A DNA stretch of 45,307 bases, taken from NCBI GenBank assembly GCA_036338595.1, contig JAYZBV010000025.1, positions 1-45,307 on the forward strand, given 5' to 3'. Source of the DNA: Planctomycetota bacterium (GTDB lineage: Bacteria > Planctomycetota > UBA8108 > UBA1146). The position numbers were made by a program, and so were the translations under genes. The notes under the pieces are model-generated. The model searched no databases and had not been told where the DNA came from. It saw nothing but the letters and a program-made list of their open reading frames with translations. How positions within the stretch are numbered: position 1 is the stretch's first letter; the number at the start of each line of letters is the position of its first letter. Positions 34,933-44,818 of the stretch are shown here, one piece after another.

Positions 34933-35415
34933 ATGGAAACAATGGATTGGTGGCTACTGTCGGTGCTCTGCATCGCTGGCCTGACACTCCTTTTCCTGGA
35001 GGTCTTCATCCCCAGCGGAGGGATTCTTGCCATCGCTGCCGTGCTCTGCATCGGCTACTCCATCTTGGAGTTGTGGCTCAAGGATTATCAATTGCTCGCG
35101 GTCATCTGCGCAGGTTTCACGGTTCTCTACACCGTGGCACTCTTCCAGTTCTGGGTCAAAAAAATCGGTCTGCATACCAGCCTCGACGAGGTCGCGCTCG
35201 GTGACGATGTGCGTTCAGCACAGGAACTGATCGGCCAACGAGGCCTGGTGATGTCAGATCTTCGACCGGCAGGGATCGCCCTGATCGCTGGACGACGCCT
35301 CGATGTGGTCGCCAATTCGGGCTACATAGATAAAGGGGATTCGGTCGTCATCATCCAATCCGATGGCAATCGTATCCTTGTCAGGAAATCCACTGAAGAA
35401 TCTCAAGACGATTAG
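34933..35415 (+). CDS. Short NfeD family protein
   Basis: LEVFIPSGGIL; C-terminal OB fold DLRPAG...DGNRILVRK. Confidence 0.88.
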   Translation: METMDWWLLSVLCIAGLTLLFLEVFIPSGGILAIAAVLCIGYSILELWLKDYQLLAVICAGFTVLYTVALFQFWVKKIGLHTSLDEVALGDDVRSAQELIGQRGLVMSDLRPAGIALIAGRRLDVVANSGYIDKGDSVVIIQSDGNRILVRKSTEESQDD

Positions 35416-35451
35416 AATCATGACGGCAAGACCGTCGGACAGGAGTTCGCG

Positions 35452-36516
35452 ATGGGTACTATTCCAGATCTAGCAACGACACTCTTGCTGGGGCAAACGA
35501 GCAACCCGATAGTCAACGTGGTGCTGCTCTTCCTCGTGATCGCCATGGGAGTGGTGCTGTTCATCTTCTTCATCACGTTCGGAAGATTGTACATCCAGGC
35601 CCTCTCCTCCGGAGTCAAGATCAGCGTCTTTGCCTTCATCGGAATGTGGCTCAGAAGGGTGAGCCCGAGAATCATCGTCGATAGCCTGATCATGTGCACC
35701 AAGGCGGGCATCAAGGATGTTCATACCAACAAGCTCGAAGCGCACTACATGGCCAAGGGCAATGTTAGTCGAGTGGTTCGATCGCTGGTTGCAGCCCACA
35801 AGGCGAACATCGATCTCAACTTTGACCAGGCTGCCGCCATCGATCTGGCCGGAAGAGATGTGCTCGAAGCGGTCAGAACCAGCGTGCTTCCAAAGGTCAT
35901 CGATGCCCCTTCGCGCGAAGGGGCACGCACCACGGTCGACGCAGTGGCAGGAGATGGCATCCAGTTGCGGGCACGAGCACGGGTCACCGTCCGCACCAAC
36001 CTGGCGCGTCTGGTCGGAGGTGCCACGGAAGAGACCATCATCGCTCGCGTGGGTGAAGGTATCGTCACCACCATCGGATCGGCTACGACTCACAAGGATG
36101 TGCTGGCCAATCCCGATCTGATGTCGAAAAAGGTGCTGGAGAAGGGCCTGGACTCGGGAACCTCTTTCGAGATCCTCTCCATCGACATCGCCGATGTCGA
36201 TGTCGGCGAAAACATCGGTGCAAAACTACAGGCCGAGCAGGCGGAAGCAGACAAGCGGGTGGCACAGGCGTTGGCAGAGAAGCGCCGTGCACTGGCTGTT
36301 GCCCAGGAACAGGAAAATGTCGCCAAGATCGCCGATAACAGAGCCAAACTGGTTCTCGCAGAGGCCGAAGTTCCTCTGGCCATCGCCGATGCATTCCGGC
36401 AAGGCAACCTGGGAGTGATGGATTACTACCGCCTCAAGAATCTCCAGGCAGACACCTCGATGAGGGAGTCCATCGGAGAAGATGACGAAGGTGGTTCCGA
36501 TGCCATCCACGACTAG
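35452..36516 (+). CDS. floA: Flotillin-like protein FloA (YqfA family)
   Basis: [73 protein letters not shown]. Confidence 0.95.
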   Translation: MGTIPDLATTLLLGQTSNPIVNVVLLFLVIAMGVVLFIFFITFGRLYIQALSSGVKISVFAFIGMWLRRVSPRIIVDSLIMCTKAGIKDVHTNKLEAHYMAKGNVSRVVRSLVAAHKANIDLNFDQAAAIDLAGRDVLEAVRTSVLPKVIDAPSREGARTTVDAVAGDGIQLRARARVTVRTNLARLVGGATEETIIARVGEGIVTTIGSATTHKDVLANPDLMSKKVLEKGLDSGTSFEILSIDIADVDVGENIGAKLQAEQAEADKRVAQALAEKRRALAVAQEQENVAKIADNRAKLVLAEAEVPLAIADAFRQGNLGVMDYYRLKNLQADTSMRESIGEDDEGGSDAIHD

Positions 36517-36531
36517 AAGGACAAGACACCG

Positions 36532-37209
36532 ATGAAGGACATGAGTTGGATCTATCTGCTGATCTTCGTGGTACTTCCGATACTCAAGCGTGTCCTTGAG
36601 TCGCGGTCCGTTGCCAAGAGAGAGAAGGCGCGCCAAAGCACGCTGCAAGGAAGCAGGAGTGAACCAGCCTGGTCCCCTTCCACGGCCGAAGATGAAGATG
36701 AGCCGCTGACCCTGGCCGAGATGGAGGAGGAAGGCTGGATCGCTGCAGATCCGCGCCCGGTCGCCTCTTCCCGACCGCCGATACCAGCCGAAATCCGCAC
36801 CTTGCAGGAACTCGGTGGCGGCTGGGTCGAGGTGCCCGGAGTGACCTCCGGCGACAGCACCACGACCATCCACGACCCCGCCGCGACCAGACCCGCACCG
36901 CTTCCGCGCGCCGATCAGCATGGAGTGCCACCTCATCCCATCGATCTGCTGGAGCATATGCGACAGGAGATGGAGCAGGACGGGTTTGCCTCCGACCCCG
37001 TTCAGGACCCCTACCAGGTCGACGATCTGGAATCCGACCCCGTCCACGGTCCAGGGGCCTACGCTCTGCCCGCTGCCGGACATAAGCGCCACGGCAGGTT
37101 CCAACATGGCAGTGGTCGTCGCTGGAAATTGAGTCGGAGTGAACTGCGGGAACGCCTGGTATGGCGAGAGATTCTCGGCCCACCTGTGTGCTTGCGCGAA
37201 CCCGAGTGA
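36532..37209 (+). CDS. Hypothetical membrane-anchored protein, YqfB-like position downstream of floA
   Basis: N-terminal TM; low-complexity middle; C-terminal LRERLVWREILGPPVCLR motif typical of floA-downstream genes. Confidence 0.7.
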   Translation: MKDMSWIYLLIFVVLPILKRVLESRSVAKREKARQSTLQGSRSEPAWSPSTAEDEDEPLTLAEMEEEGWIAADPRPVASSRPPIPAEIRTLQELGGGWVEVPGVTSGDSTTTIHDPAATRPAPLPRADQHGVPPHPIDLLEHMRQEMEQDGFASDPVQDPYQVDDLESDPVHGPGAYALPAAGHKRHGRFQHGSGRRWKLSRSELRERLVWREILGPPVCLREPE

Positions 37210-37270
37210 AACCGCTCGCCGATACCGTGACCTACCGAGGAAGCCTCTGAGCCATCGATTGCAGGAGCAG

Positions 37271-37299
37271 GTGACGAAAGGACTACTGACCACTACAAT
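37271..37299 (+). promoter_or_regulatory. Putative sigma70 promoter for tRNA-Leu
   Basis: GTGACG-N17-TACAAT 40 bp upstream of the tRNA. Confidence 0.5.
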
Positions 37300-37338
37300 G
37301 GCCACCCGGTGGTGATCAGAAACAACGCAGCAACATGA

Positions 37339-37425
37339 GCCGGAGTGGCGGAATTGGCATACGCGGCGGATTCAAAATCCGCTGGCCTCACGGCCTTGTG
37401 GGTTCGAGTCCCACCTCCGGTACCA
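37339..37425 (+). tRNA. tRNA-Leu(CAA)
   Basis: GCCGGAG...CTCCGGTACCA, anticodon arm GCGGA-TTCAAAA-TCCGC, long variable arm GGCC-TCAC-GGCC, encoded CCA. Confidence 0.97.
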
Positions 37426-37454
37426 CTGCCCTGATGGGGCAACTCAGCGAGACG

Positions 37455-37505
37455 AAAAAAACAAAAAAAAAAGAGGGCGCATCGGTGTTGCCGATGCGTC
37501 CTCTT
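37455..37505 (-). terminator. Rho-independent terminator of rplM-rpsI
   Basis: Stem AAGAGGGCGCATCGG/CCGATGCGTCCTCTT with long A-run on left (U-tail on minus strand). Confidence 0.88.
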
Positions 37506-37527
37506 CAATTCAAGGCGATGGACGCGT

Positions 37528-37926
37528 CTAACGCTTGGAGAACTGGAACGACTTGCGAGCCTTCTTTCGGCCCGGTTTTTTCCGTTCCACCATCCGCGAG
37601 TCCCGGGTCAGGTAGGTTCCCTTGCGCAGCGCAGCTTCATTTTCCTCGCTCACACGTGCCAGCGCACGAGCAAGACCCATCACGACTGCCCCCACCTGTC
37701 CGGTGGTGCCTCCACCCTTGATGTTGGCCCACACATCAAATGATCCCTCTGCCTGAACGGCCCTCAATGGGTCAGAAAGACGCAACTGGTCGGGCGCGAG
37801 ACGGAAGTACTCCGTGTGCACCTTGCCATTGATGGTGATCTTGCCATTGCCCTCACGTATACGAACACGTGCGACGGCGGTCTTTCTTCGACCGACTCCC
37901 CAGACGTAGTCATTTGGCTTCGCCAA
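37528..37926 (-). CDS. rpsI: 30S ribosomal protein S9
   Basis: GVGRRKTAVARV, KGGGTTGQVGA, LTRDSRMVERKKPGRKKARKSFQFSKR. Confidence 0.99.
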   Translation of the reverse strand: MAKPNDYVWGVGRRKTAVARVRIREGNGKITINGKVHTEYFRLAPDQLRLSDPLRAVQAEGSFDVWANIKGGGTTGQVGAVVMGLARALARVSEENEAALRKGTYLTRDSRMVERKKPGRKKARKSFQFSKR

Positions 37927-37974
37927 GTCGTTCCTCCTGCTAATCCGGAGACCCCAGGGCCGCCGGCGGATCTA

Positions 37975-38463
37975 TCACTTTTTACCGGCTAGTTTATGCA
38001 CGGTGAACTGGATCTTCTCGAAGTGAGCTTCCTGAGCTTGCAATGTATGTTCGGGACCAGCAAACACCTTGAGTTTTGTCAGCATCTTGCGGCCAAGACG
38101 GGACTTGGGCAGCATCCGGCGGACCGCAAGACGAATCACCTCTTCCGGCTTCTTCTCGAGCATCCACTCCAGCGTGTTGGACTTCAGCCCACCCATGTAC
38201 CCCGTATGGTAGCGGTACACTTTTTTCTCACGCTTCTGTCCCGTAACTTGAATCTCGCGCGCATTGGTGACCACGACAAAATCTCCGCCATCGACATGAG
38301 GCGTGTATGTGGGCTTGTTCTTACCCATCAAGATGCGTGCGATCTTCACCGCCATGTGTCCAAGGATCTCCTCGGAGGCGTCCACGTGGTACCACTGGCG
38401 GACCACATCTTCCTTGCGCTGATTGAATGTCCGCTGCGGACTGTAGTACTGCATCTTCTCCAC
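37975..38463 (-). CDS. rplM: 50S ribosomal protein L13
   Basis: RQWYHVDA, LMGKNKPTYTPHVDGGDFVVVTNA, YHTGYMGGLK, RRMLPKSRLG. Confidence 0.99.
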   Translation of the reverse strand: MEKMQYYSPQRTFNQRKEDVVRQWYHVDASEEILGHMAVKIARILMGKNKPTYTPHVDGGDFVVVTNAREIQVTGQKREKKVYRYHTGYMGGLKSNTLEWMLEKKPEEVIRLAVRRMLPKSRLGRKMLTKLKVFAGPEHTLQAQEAHFEKIQFTVHKLAGKK

Positions 38464-38628
38464 CCTGTAGTAGCCTGGTCGCCATGGAGTTCGGTTCTCT
38501 CCGGTGCTCGGGTCTCCCCGGCGGCGACTCGCTACCTTCTCACTGGTCTCTGCACCAAACCCTGAGTCGCCCTTCTCGGGGCACCCGCAGCCGATGCGGC
38601 TGTCTTTCAGGGTAAAACGGAAGCCCGG

Positions 38629-38657
38629 ATCCTATTTCGAGCAGGATTTGCTGTCAA
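38629..38657 (-). promoter_or_regulatory. sigma70 promoter of rplM-rpsI
   Basis: Minus strand TTGACA-N17-TAGGAT. Confidence 0.75.
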
Positions 38658-38688
38658 CGGCCATCCACTGATCAGGCGAGGATTTCGG

Positions 38689-40980
38689 TCAATTTGAGGG
38701 CAATTCTTCAGCGATCTGTCGCGCCTCCTCGAGGGACAGAAGAAGCCTCCTGGTATGATCCACACCCGACTCACCCAGCAGCGGTAACCTGTGTTCCAGG
38801 CGCGCCTGGAGGCGTTTCAGATCCCCTCCTCCCGCCTGTGCCAGCCACCTCGATACCGCCAGATCGTCGAGCCAGGGACGAGCCGGCAGCACCGGGGAGG
38901 GCCCGATCCTCTGCCATGCAGCGGCGATGGCCCCGGAGGGGTCCTGGGCCGCAGCGCCGGGCTCTCCTGCGACCAGGATCACCTCACCGGTCCCCGGAGG
39001 GTGCCACACCTGGACGGGCCCCAGTGCGTCGCGGAAGGAAGCGAGAATTCCGGCGAATTCGGCGATCCCGATGCGATACAACTGCAACCACTGCACGACG
39101 ATGCCGCCCTCTGCGAGTCTGCGCTGGAGCAATCGGTGAAACTCGGGAGCAAATAGCGGCGCCGACCAGGGTAACCACGGTTCCGAAGGTTGGATGACGA
39201 TGGCATCCCAGAGACGCGAATCCCGCGCCAGCATCGCCCTGGCATCCTGGATCACGATGCTGGGGGCATCTCGGCCCAGAAGTGCCCGGTGTTCGATGGG
39301 AAACGCCTCGCGCCCCGCTGGGGATAACAACGCCTCCTTGACCGCAGGCTCGATCTCCGACACGACGATCTCCCCCGTCCATGTATCGACTGCGGTCGCC
39401 ACCGTTGTGCCACCACCGAGGCCGACGATGAAGAGGCGACCCTGTGCGGGGCCGACCCACGAGGGGAGCAGTCCCAACATCAGTTCGGTCGGCAAGTCGG
39501 CCATCGACGCGACGGAAGGATCGATGGCAACGCTGCCCTCGATGCGCCCACCGACACGCAGGTAGTTGGTATTTTGCAGCCGATCCCGTTCGATCTGGAC
39601 AGTGCCCAGTCGCCCTTCCACGCTGGTGAGGATTTCCCTCTGACGCCAGTTCTCCAGCGCCGTTCCAGCCACGATCTCCGAACGTGACCACTGAAATACA
39701 CCCGCTCCGAGCAACGACTGATCCCAGAATTGAGATGCCGCGGACAGCAACAACGCGCCGCACAGAAAGGACGATACAGCGCCCCCTCGGCTCCCCTGCA
39801 GCAATGAAGGCATGCCCGCGATCACGGTTCCCAGGCCACACAGGATGAACAGGATCAGCGATCCAAACTGCGGAATGATCCAGAATGCAGCGATAGTGGC
39901 ACCCACCATCGCCCCGACCAGATTCGCTCCCTGAAGGATTCCTGCCCCTCGGTCGAGCCTTCCCACCTCGCCATGGTCGACGAGCAGTGCCGGGACGATC
40001 AATCCTGCACAGAATCCGGGAACGCCGAGGATAGCGAGCAGCAGCACCGACTTGCTCACCGCCACGGAAACACCCGGGCTCTCTCCCAACCAGGAGACCA
40101 ACCCGAGGTAAAAATAGGGGCTGAAGCAGATCAGCAGCAAGGAAAAGCCCTGAGAGATGAGCCAGGATGACCAGGCGAATCGGCGATAGCGGGAGGCTCC
40201 CAGAAGTTGTCTCAACTCCGGCATCAACAGGGCACCCGCCGAAGCCCCTACCAGCGAAACACCGGAGGCGATGCCAAACACCAGCAAACTCGAGCCGAGC
40301 ACCTCTCCCAGGACACGAACCCAGCCGAGTTGAAGCGAGAATGCGATACAGCCGACCAGGAATGCCGTCACGGTGGCACGCTTGCTGACGCTTCGATCAC
40401 CGCGTACCACCTCGGACTCGGTGATCCCAGGATCCGCAGGCTGCATCGATGCCAATCCCAGCAGCAACAGGCCAAAGCAGATGGTTCCAGCATCTCCAGA
40501 CATCGGAAGCAGAACCAAGGGCGTCAAGAGGGCTCCGAGCGCACTGCCCAGATCGATGGCAGCAATACCTCTGGATGATCGATTCATGACCTCGGAAGAC
40601 CGCGCACGGAAAGCACTCGTCACCGCCACCCCGAGCGGAATCGAACAGCACAACAGCGGTAGAGATACGATGATCTTTCCAGATACGGTGGCCACGAACG
40701 AAAATCCCTCGACGATCTCCGGAAGCAGGAATTCGATCCAGATGATCGCAGGAATGCATCCGACGAGAGCGATGCGACACCAGATGTGAGGCAACGACCT
40801 TCGGTCGCGAGTCGCGCCAGCAAGGATTTGCCCGAAGGCGAATCCTGCCAGTGCGACCACCACTGCCAGCGCCACTCCATCGAGCGCGCTGCCCAGAATG
40901 GTACCCAGTTGCCTTGCGAGCAGTATTTCGAGGATCATCGTCGATGCGCCGACGAGAGCGAGCGTGCGGGTAGCTGTCAC
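38689..40980 (-). CDS. Multi-TM protein fused to spermidine-synthase-like SAM-binding domain
   Basis: Two repeated TM blocks (LEILLARQLGTILGS / LQLGWVRVLGEVLGSS); FIVGLGGGTT, SEIEPAV, QDAR, DAIVIQPSEPW, GGIVVQWL. Confidence 0.82.
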   Translation of the reverse strand: MTATRTLALVGASTMILEILLARQLGTILGSALDGVALAVVVALAGFAFGQILAGATRDRRSLPHIWCRIALVGCIPAIIWIEFLLPEIVEGFSFVATVSGKIIVSLPLLCCSIPLGVAVTSAFRARSSEVMNRSSRGIAAIDLGSALGALLTPLVLLPMSGDAGTICFGLLLLGLASMQPADPGITESEVVRGDRSVSKRATVTAFLVGCIAFSLQLGWVRVLGEVLGSSLLVFGIASGVSLVGASAGALLMPELRQLLGASRYRRFAWSSWLISQGFSLLLICFSPYFYLGLVSWLGESPGVSVAVSKSVLLLAILGVPGFCAGLIVPALLVDHGEVGRLDRGAGILQGANLVGAMVGATIAAFWIIPQFGSLILFILCGLGTVIAGMPSLLQGSRGGAVSSFLCGALLLSAASQFWDQSLLGAGVFQWSRSEIVAGTALENWRQREILTSVEGRLGTVQIERDRLQNTNYLRVGGRIEGSVAIDPSVASMADLPTELMLGLLPSWVGPAQGRLFIVGLGGGTTVATAVDTWTGEIVVSEIEPAVKEALLSPAGREAFPIEHRALLGRDAPSIVIQDARAMLARDSRLWDAIVIQPSEPWLPWSAPLFAPEFHRLLQRRLAEGGIVVQWLQLYRIGIAEFAGILASFRDALGPVQVWHPPGTGEVILVAGEPGAAAQDPSGAIAAAWQRIGPSPVLPARPWLDDLAVSRWLAQAGGGDLKRLQARLEHRLPLLGESGVDHTRRLLLSLEEARQIAEELPSN

Positions 40981-43682
40981 CTGGAATCTCCCTGCTCCTG
41001 CGAACCCTCCGGGACGTCTGGCTGCACCTCTTCGAGCGCGTCCTCGATCCGGGCGCGCATGGCGGGATCTTCATCTTCCATCTCGGCCAGATGTTTCCGA
41101 TACCACCTTGCAGCCACAGAGTTCCGTCCCAGTTGATGAGCCATGGCACCCATCTGGCGGTACAGCCTCGGTTCCACGACCCCATCGGCCTGCTGCTGGG
41201 TGAGCATCTCCAGCGCCGCCTCGGTGCCCTCGATTCGACGCAGAACCTCGGCGGCTTCGAGGATGAAGTGGCCGCGCTCGGAGACCTCTACCATCTCGAT
41301 CAGACGCTGATACCCCTCGAAGGAGAGGGGCCAATCGCCCTGGGCAGCATCCAGCCGTGCGACTCTCAGGATCAGTTCCACTCTTCGCACCTTCTCATCG
41401 GGACCTTCGGCATGCTTCATCGCCTCCGTCAGGGCCACACGAGCCTTCGCAGGCTCGCCCTTACCCATCATCTTGTCTGCCAGCATCGTCAGTGCGGTGA
41501 TCCGCGTCGGATCGACCTGTGCCACTGCGGTGCCCTCCTTTAACTTCTTACGTACCGCAGCCTGCTGGATCCCCTGGAGAGCCTGTGGATTATCCGGGAC
41601 CACCAGGAGGACGAGCCGGAAGTGCTCGATCGCAGCATCTATTTTCTCGGAAGCGAGCAGCAACTCGCCCAGGGATAGATGCGAAGCCAGATGAGAGGGA
41701 TCGTCCTCCAGCAACTGCTCCAGAACTTCCCTGGCATCGGTTGTCCTGCCCAGACCGAGCAAGCATTCGGCACGGCGATAGCGCGCCGTCACCCTTCGCC
41801 CCGATTCATCGAGAAGATCCAGCGATCGATCGAAATCGACGAGGGCCTCTTCAAACCGCTTCTGGTCCAGAGCGATCATGCCTCTTTGATACGCGACCGT
41901 AGCGAGAGCACGAGGTCCGATCACCTGTGCCAGACGCTGCGCCGCTTCGAGACGCTGCTGTTGCTCGGGTGGCTCCGAAGTTGCTGCCAGGTACATCAGC
42001 GCCTCCAGCCTGATCGCAGGCTGGGCATCGGCAAGATCGACCAGGGTCATGGCGGCTACCCGGGCCCCTTCGAAATCGCCCAGGCGTTCCCTGATCTTGA
42101 GGGACTCGCGCCAGGGGGTCTCCTGAAGTGCGATGGCGCTGCCATCGGTATCCTGAAGAGAGAGCAGCGTGGTCAGGTGATCATTGGCCACCTCGAGGTT
42201 TGCCTCGCCTCCAAAGCGCGCCAGCAAGCCGGAGCGGATCTGCAACGCCTGCAGGTAGATTCCCTGTTGCAGTCGATCACGGTCCACGACTTCGAGAATC
42301 TCGATGGTTCTGGCCAGATCCTCGACCGCCTCGCTGTCCCATTGTCGATTCCTCGCAGCTTCTGCATGCCCGAACCAGGCCCTGGCGCAACGAGGCTGGG
42401 AAGCGACCGCACTGCTCCAGAGCTCGTAGGGACCGTGCCAGTCCTCGAGTCGATTTCTCGTCAGCAACATCATCAACAACACCAGGATCAGCAAGACAGG
42501 AGTTCTCGATCCGGGAGATCGTTTCTCGAGTGAGATCAATATTGATGCAACGGGGATCAACAGCGCCACCAGTGGCAAGTACATGAATCGTTCGGCAAAT
42601 CGTTCAGGGTGTGGAAAGATCTGCAGCACAGGCGACAACAACACGATGAACAGAGCCACCACGATCGCCATCCACCACTTGCCCTGGAGCGCACGTCGCA
42701 CAGAAATAGCCACCACCGATAGGATCAGCAACCAGCTCGCCAGCGAGGTCCAGGGAGTCACCATGCCAGCCGATGGCACGAAAGCAGCATGAGAGTGATC
42801 GACCGACAAACCGACCGGCCACAGGAACAAGCCCAGGTACTGGAGCAGCGCCCTGCCCATCGTCCAGAAGGTCATGTCGGCGGATCCACCCCAGAAAGCA
42901 GTTCCTGCACCCGGATGCTGCAGCGCCAGCACCCGATAGGAGAGCAGCAATATGACCGCGGTAACTGGCAGCAGGACTCGACTCCAGCGACGCCATTGCT
43001 CACGGTCTGCCGGACCATCCCAGGACAGAGCAGCCGCCGCAATCAGCGCAACGGGTAAGGTCGCAGCCATCTCCTTGGCAGCCATCGCCGTGGCACCGAG
43101 CAGTGCGACTGCAATTCCTCTGCCCCATCCGGGCCGTTTCCCACCCGACACCGCAATCAACACCGCGGCGAGATAAGCACAAGCAAAGAGCACATCTCGC
43201 CGTCCTGAGATCCATGCCACGGCTTCACTCTGGACAGGATGGACCAGAAACAGCAGTGAACAGGCGGCAGCGGTGACACGTCCCCCAGCAGGATAGATCC
43301 GGAAAACCAGGAAGAAGAGCAGCGCTGCACAGAGTCCGTGCAGAAGCATGTTGTGGAGATGAAAAACCCTCGTCGCTCCTTCGGCGTCAGGCCCATCGAC
43401 TCCCATCGCCATCGTCAACAAGGCATCGATTCGATAGGAGAAGAAGCGTAGCGGGCGAAATCCAACTCTTACCTGATCTTCCGAGGTTGCTGGCTCCTGC
43501 AGAACTGTTCGCCACTGACCCAGTTCTTCCTGGACTCCATCGAAGGATCTCCATAACCAATCGTTGGTCGAGACCAGACGCACGTCGTCGAAGACCCAAT
43601 CGCCGTCGAGTACAGGTTGATAGAGCAGCACCGAGCCGAGAAGGCAGGCGATGACCACGACGATTCGGTATTGCGCACTCAC
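40977..43682 (-). CDS. TMTC-like GT-C glycosyltransferase with C-terminal TPRs
   Basis: VFDD, FRPL, HPVQSEAVAWISGRRDVL, AKE, AERFMYLP; TPR repeats in C-terminal half. Confidence 0.85.
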   Translation of the reverse strand: MSAQYRIVVVIACLLGSVLLYQPVLDGDWVFDDVRLVSTNDWLWRSFDGVQEELGQWRTVLQEPATSEDQVRVGFRPLRFFSYRIDALLTMAMGVDGPDAEGATRVFHLHNMLLHGLCAALLFFLVFRIYPAGGRVTAAACSLLFLVHPVQSEAVAWISGRRDVLFACAYLAAVLIAVSGGKRPGWGRGIAVALLGATAMAAKEMAATLPVALIAAAALSWDGPADREQWRRWSRVLLPVTAVILLLSYRVLALQHPGAGTAFWGGSADMTFWTMGRALLQYLGLFLWPVGLSVDHSHAAFVPSAGMVTPWTSLASWLLILSVVAISVRRALQGKWWMAIVVALFIVLLSPVLQIFPHPERFAERFMYLPLVALLIPVASILISLEKRSPGSRTPVLLILVLLMMLLTRNRLEDWHGPYELWSSAVASQPRCARAWFGHAEAARNRQWDSEAVEDLARTIEILEVVDRDRLQQGIYLQALQIRSGLLARFGGEANLEVANDHLTTLLSLQDTDGSAIALQETPWRESLKIRERLGDFEGARVAAMTLVDLADAQPAIRLEALMYLAATSEPPEQQQRLEAAQRLAQVIGPRALATVAYQRGMIALDQKRFEEALVDFDRSLDLLDESGRRVTARYRRAECLLGLGRTTDAREVLEQLLEDDPSHLASHLSLGELLLASEKIDAAIEHFRLVLLVVPDNPQALQGIQQAAVRKKLKEGTAVAQVDPTRITALTMLADKMMGKGEPAKARVALTEAMKHAEGPDEKVRRVELILRVARLDAAQGDWPLSFEGYQRLIEMVEVSERGHFILEAAEVLRRIEGTEAALEMLTQQQADGVVEPRLYRQMGAMAHQLGRNSVAARWYRKHLAEMEDEDPAMRARIEDALEEVQPDVPEGSQEQGDSR

Positions 43683-44818
43683 CGCAGCACCTCCGTGATG
43701 ATCTTGCGAAGAGTTTCACCACAGACGCGTCTGGAAAAGCGAGCGGTATCCTGCATCTGAAGGGCCAGCCGTGCCTGCTCAAGAGAGCTGGAATCGAGCG
43801 ACAGTTCCTGGATCAATCGTGAGAGAGAGGCGCAGACCTCTGCGTCGTCAGATCCGTCGATGGGATACCATCCACCCCCTTCGCCAAACAGATCGGGCAC
43901 TCCCCCTACCGCGGTGGCTGCAACCGGCAATCCTCGAGCCATCGATTCCTGGACCACGAGGGGTGTTCCCTCTGCCAGACTCGGAAGTAACAGCAGGTGA
44001 CTTCGGTCCATCGCCTCCAGCACCTCTGCAGAGGTGAGAGCGCCCCGTAGAACCACCTCATGATGGGAATCGATGGTCGAGAGCGGGCCTTCCCCGATCA
44101 CTTCGAGGCTCAGTTTTGCGCCCTGGAGGCGAGCGTTCTCCACCGCATGAAGAACCCTGAGATAGCCCTTCGATTCGATCCTCTCGCCCACATACAGCAG
44201 TTTCAACGGAGGTTCCGGTGAGTTAACAGGCGCTGTCTCGATGAAGGCCGGGTCAATTCCCACCGGCAGTACATCCACACGTTTGATGTGATGACGATCC
44301 CGAAGTTCCCGGGCCATCGGCTCGCTGGAAGCCAACACTCTATCTGCCACTGACAGTCCTTTTCGCAGCAGATAGGCGCCGAGCCGGGTTCGTCCATGGC
44401 GATGCACATCCGACCCGTGGCACCAGACGATGTAAGGGCAGTCGAGCCGACTTGCGTTGTGCCTGGCGACGGGAGCCGCCGGAACTGCCCAGTGTGTCAG
44501 AATTACAGCAGGAGTATCGAGTGGTTTCCATCTTCTCACTTCACGCCGCATCGACCGCCACCAGCTGAATGCAGCGATGGGGCCTGCGCCACCCTGTCTC
44601 GGTGACCGGCCGCCAGAACGATAGGAGAAACGTCGAACTTCAATCGGACCATCCTGTTCGACGGTCAGATCCTCTGCATGAATCCGGGGCGCAATCACCT
44701 CCGTGTCAAAGTGCTGGGCCAGTTCGATGTGAAGATCTCGGATGAACCGTGCTCTCCACGGTTCTCGCTGACCCGGCCAGGAAGCAGTGAGAACCCGGAG
44801 CATCGGCCGCTTGCTCAC
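43679..44818 (-). CDS. Glycosyltransferase family 4
   Basis: HGSDV, LLYVGERIESKG, PSLAEGTPLVVQESMARGLPVAATAVGGVPD (EX7E); GTG 44818 overlaps upstream stop. Confidence 0.9.
   Translation of the reverse strand: MSKRPMLRVLTASWPGQREPWRARFIRDLHIELAQHFDTEVIAPRIHAEDLTVEQDGPIEVRRFSYRSGGRSPRQGGAGPIAAFSWWRSMRREVRRWKPLDTPAVILTHWAVPAAPVARHNASRLDCPYIVWCHGSDVHRHGRTRLGAYLLRKGLSVADRVLASSEPMARELRDRHHIKRVDVLPVGIDPAFIETAPVNSPEPPLKLLYVGERIESKGYLRVLHAVENARLQGAKLSLEVIGEGPLSTIDSHHEVVLRGALTSAEVLEAMDRSHLLLLPSLAEGTPLVVQESMARGLPVAATAVGGVPDLFGEGGGWYPIDGSDDAEVCASLSRLIQELSLDSSSLEQARLALQMQDTARFSRRVCGETLRKIITEVLR

Noticed and set aside
31053..37425. Genomic island between tRNA-Ala and tRNA-Leu
   Set aside because: No integrase and no duplicated tRNA 3' end seen; contents (nfeD/floA) look like core genes.
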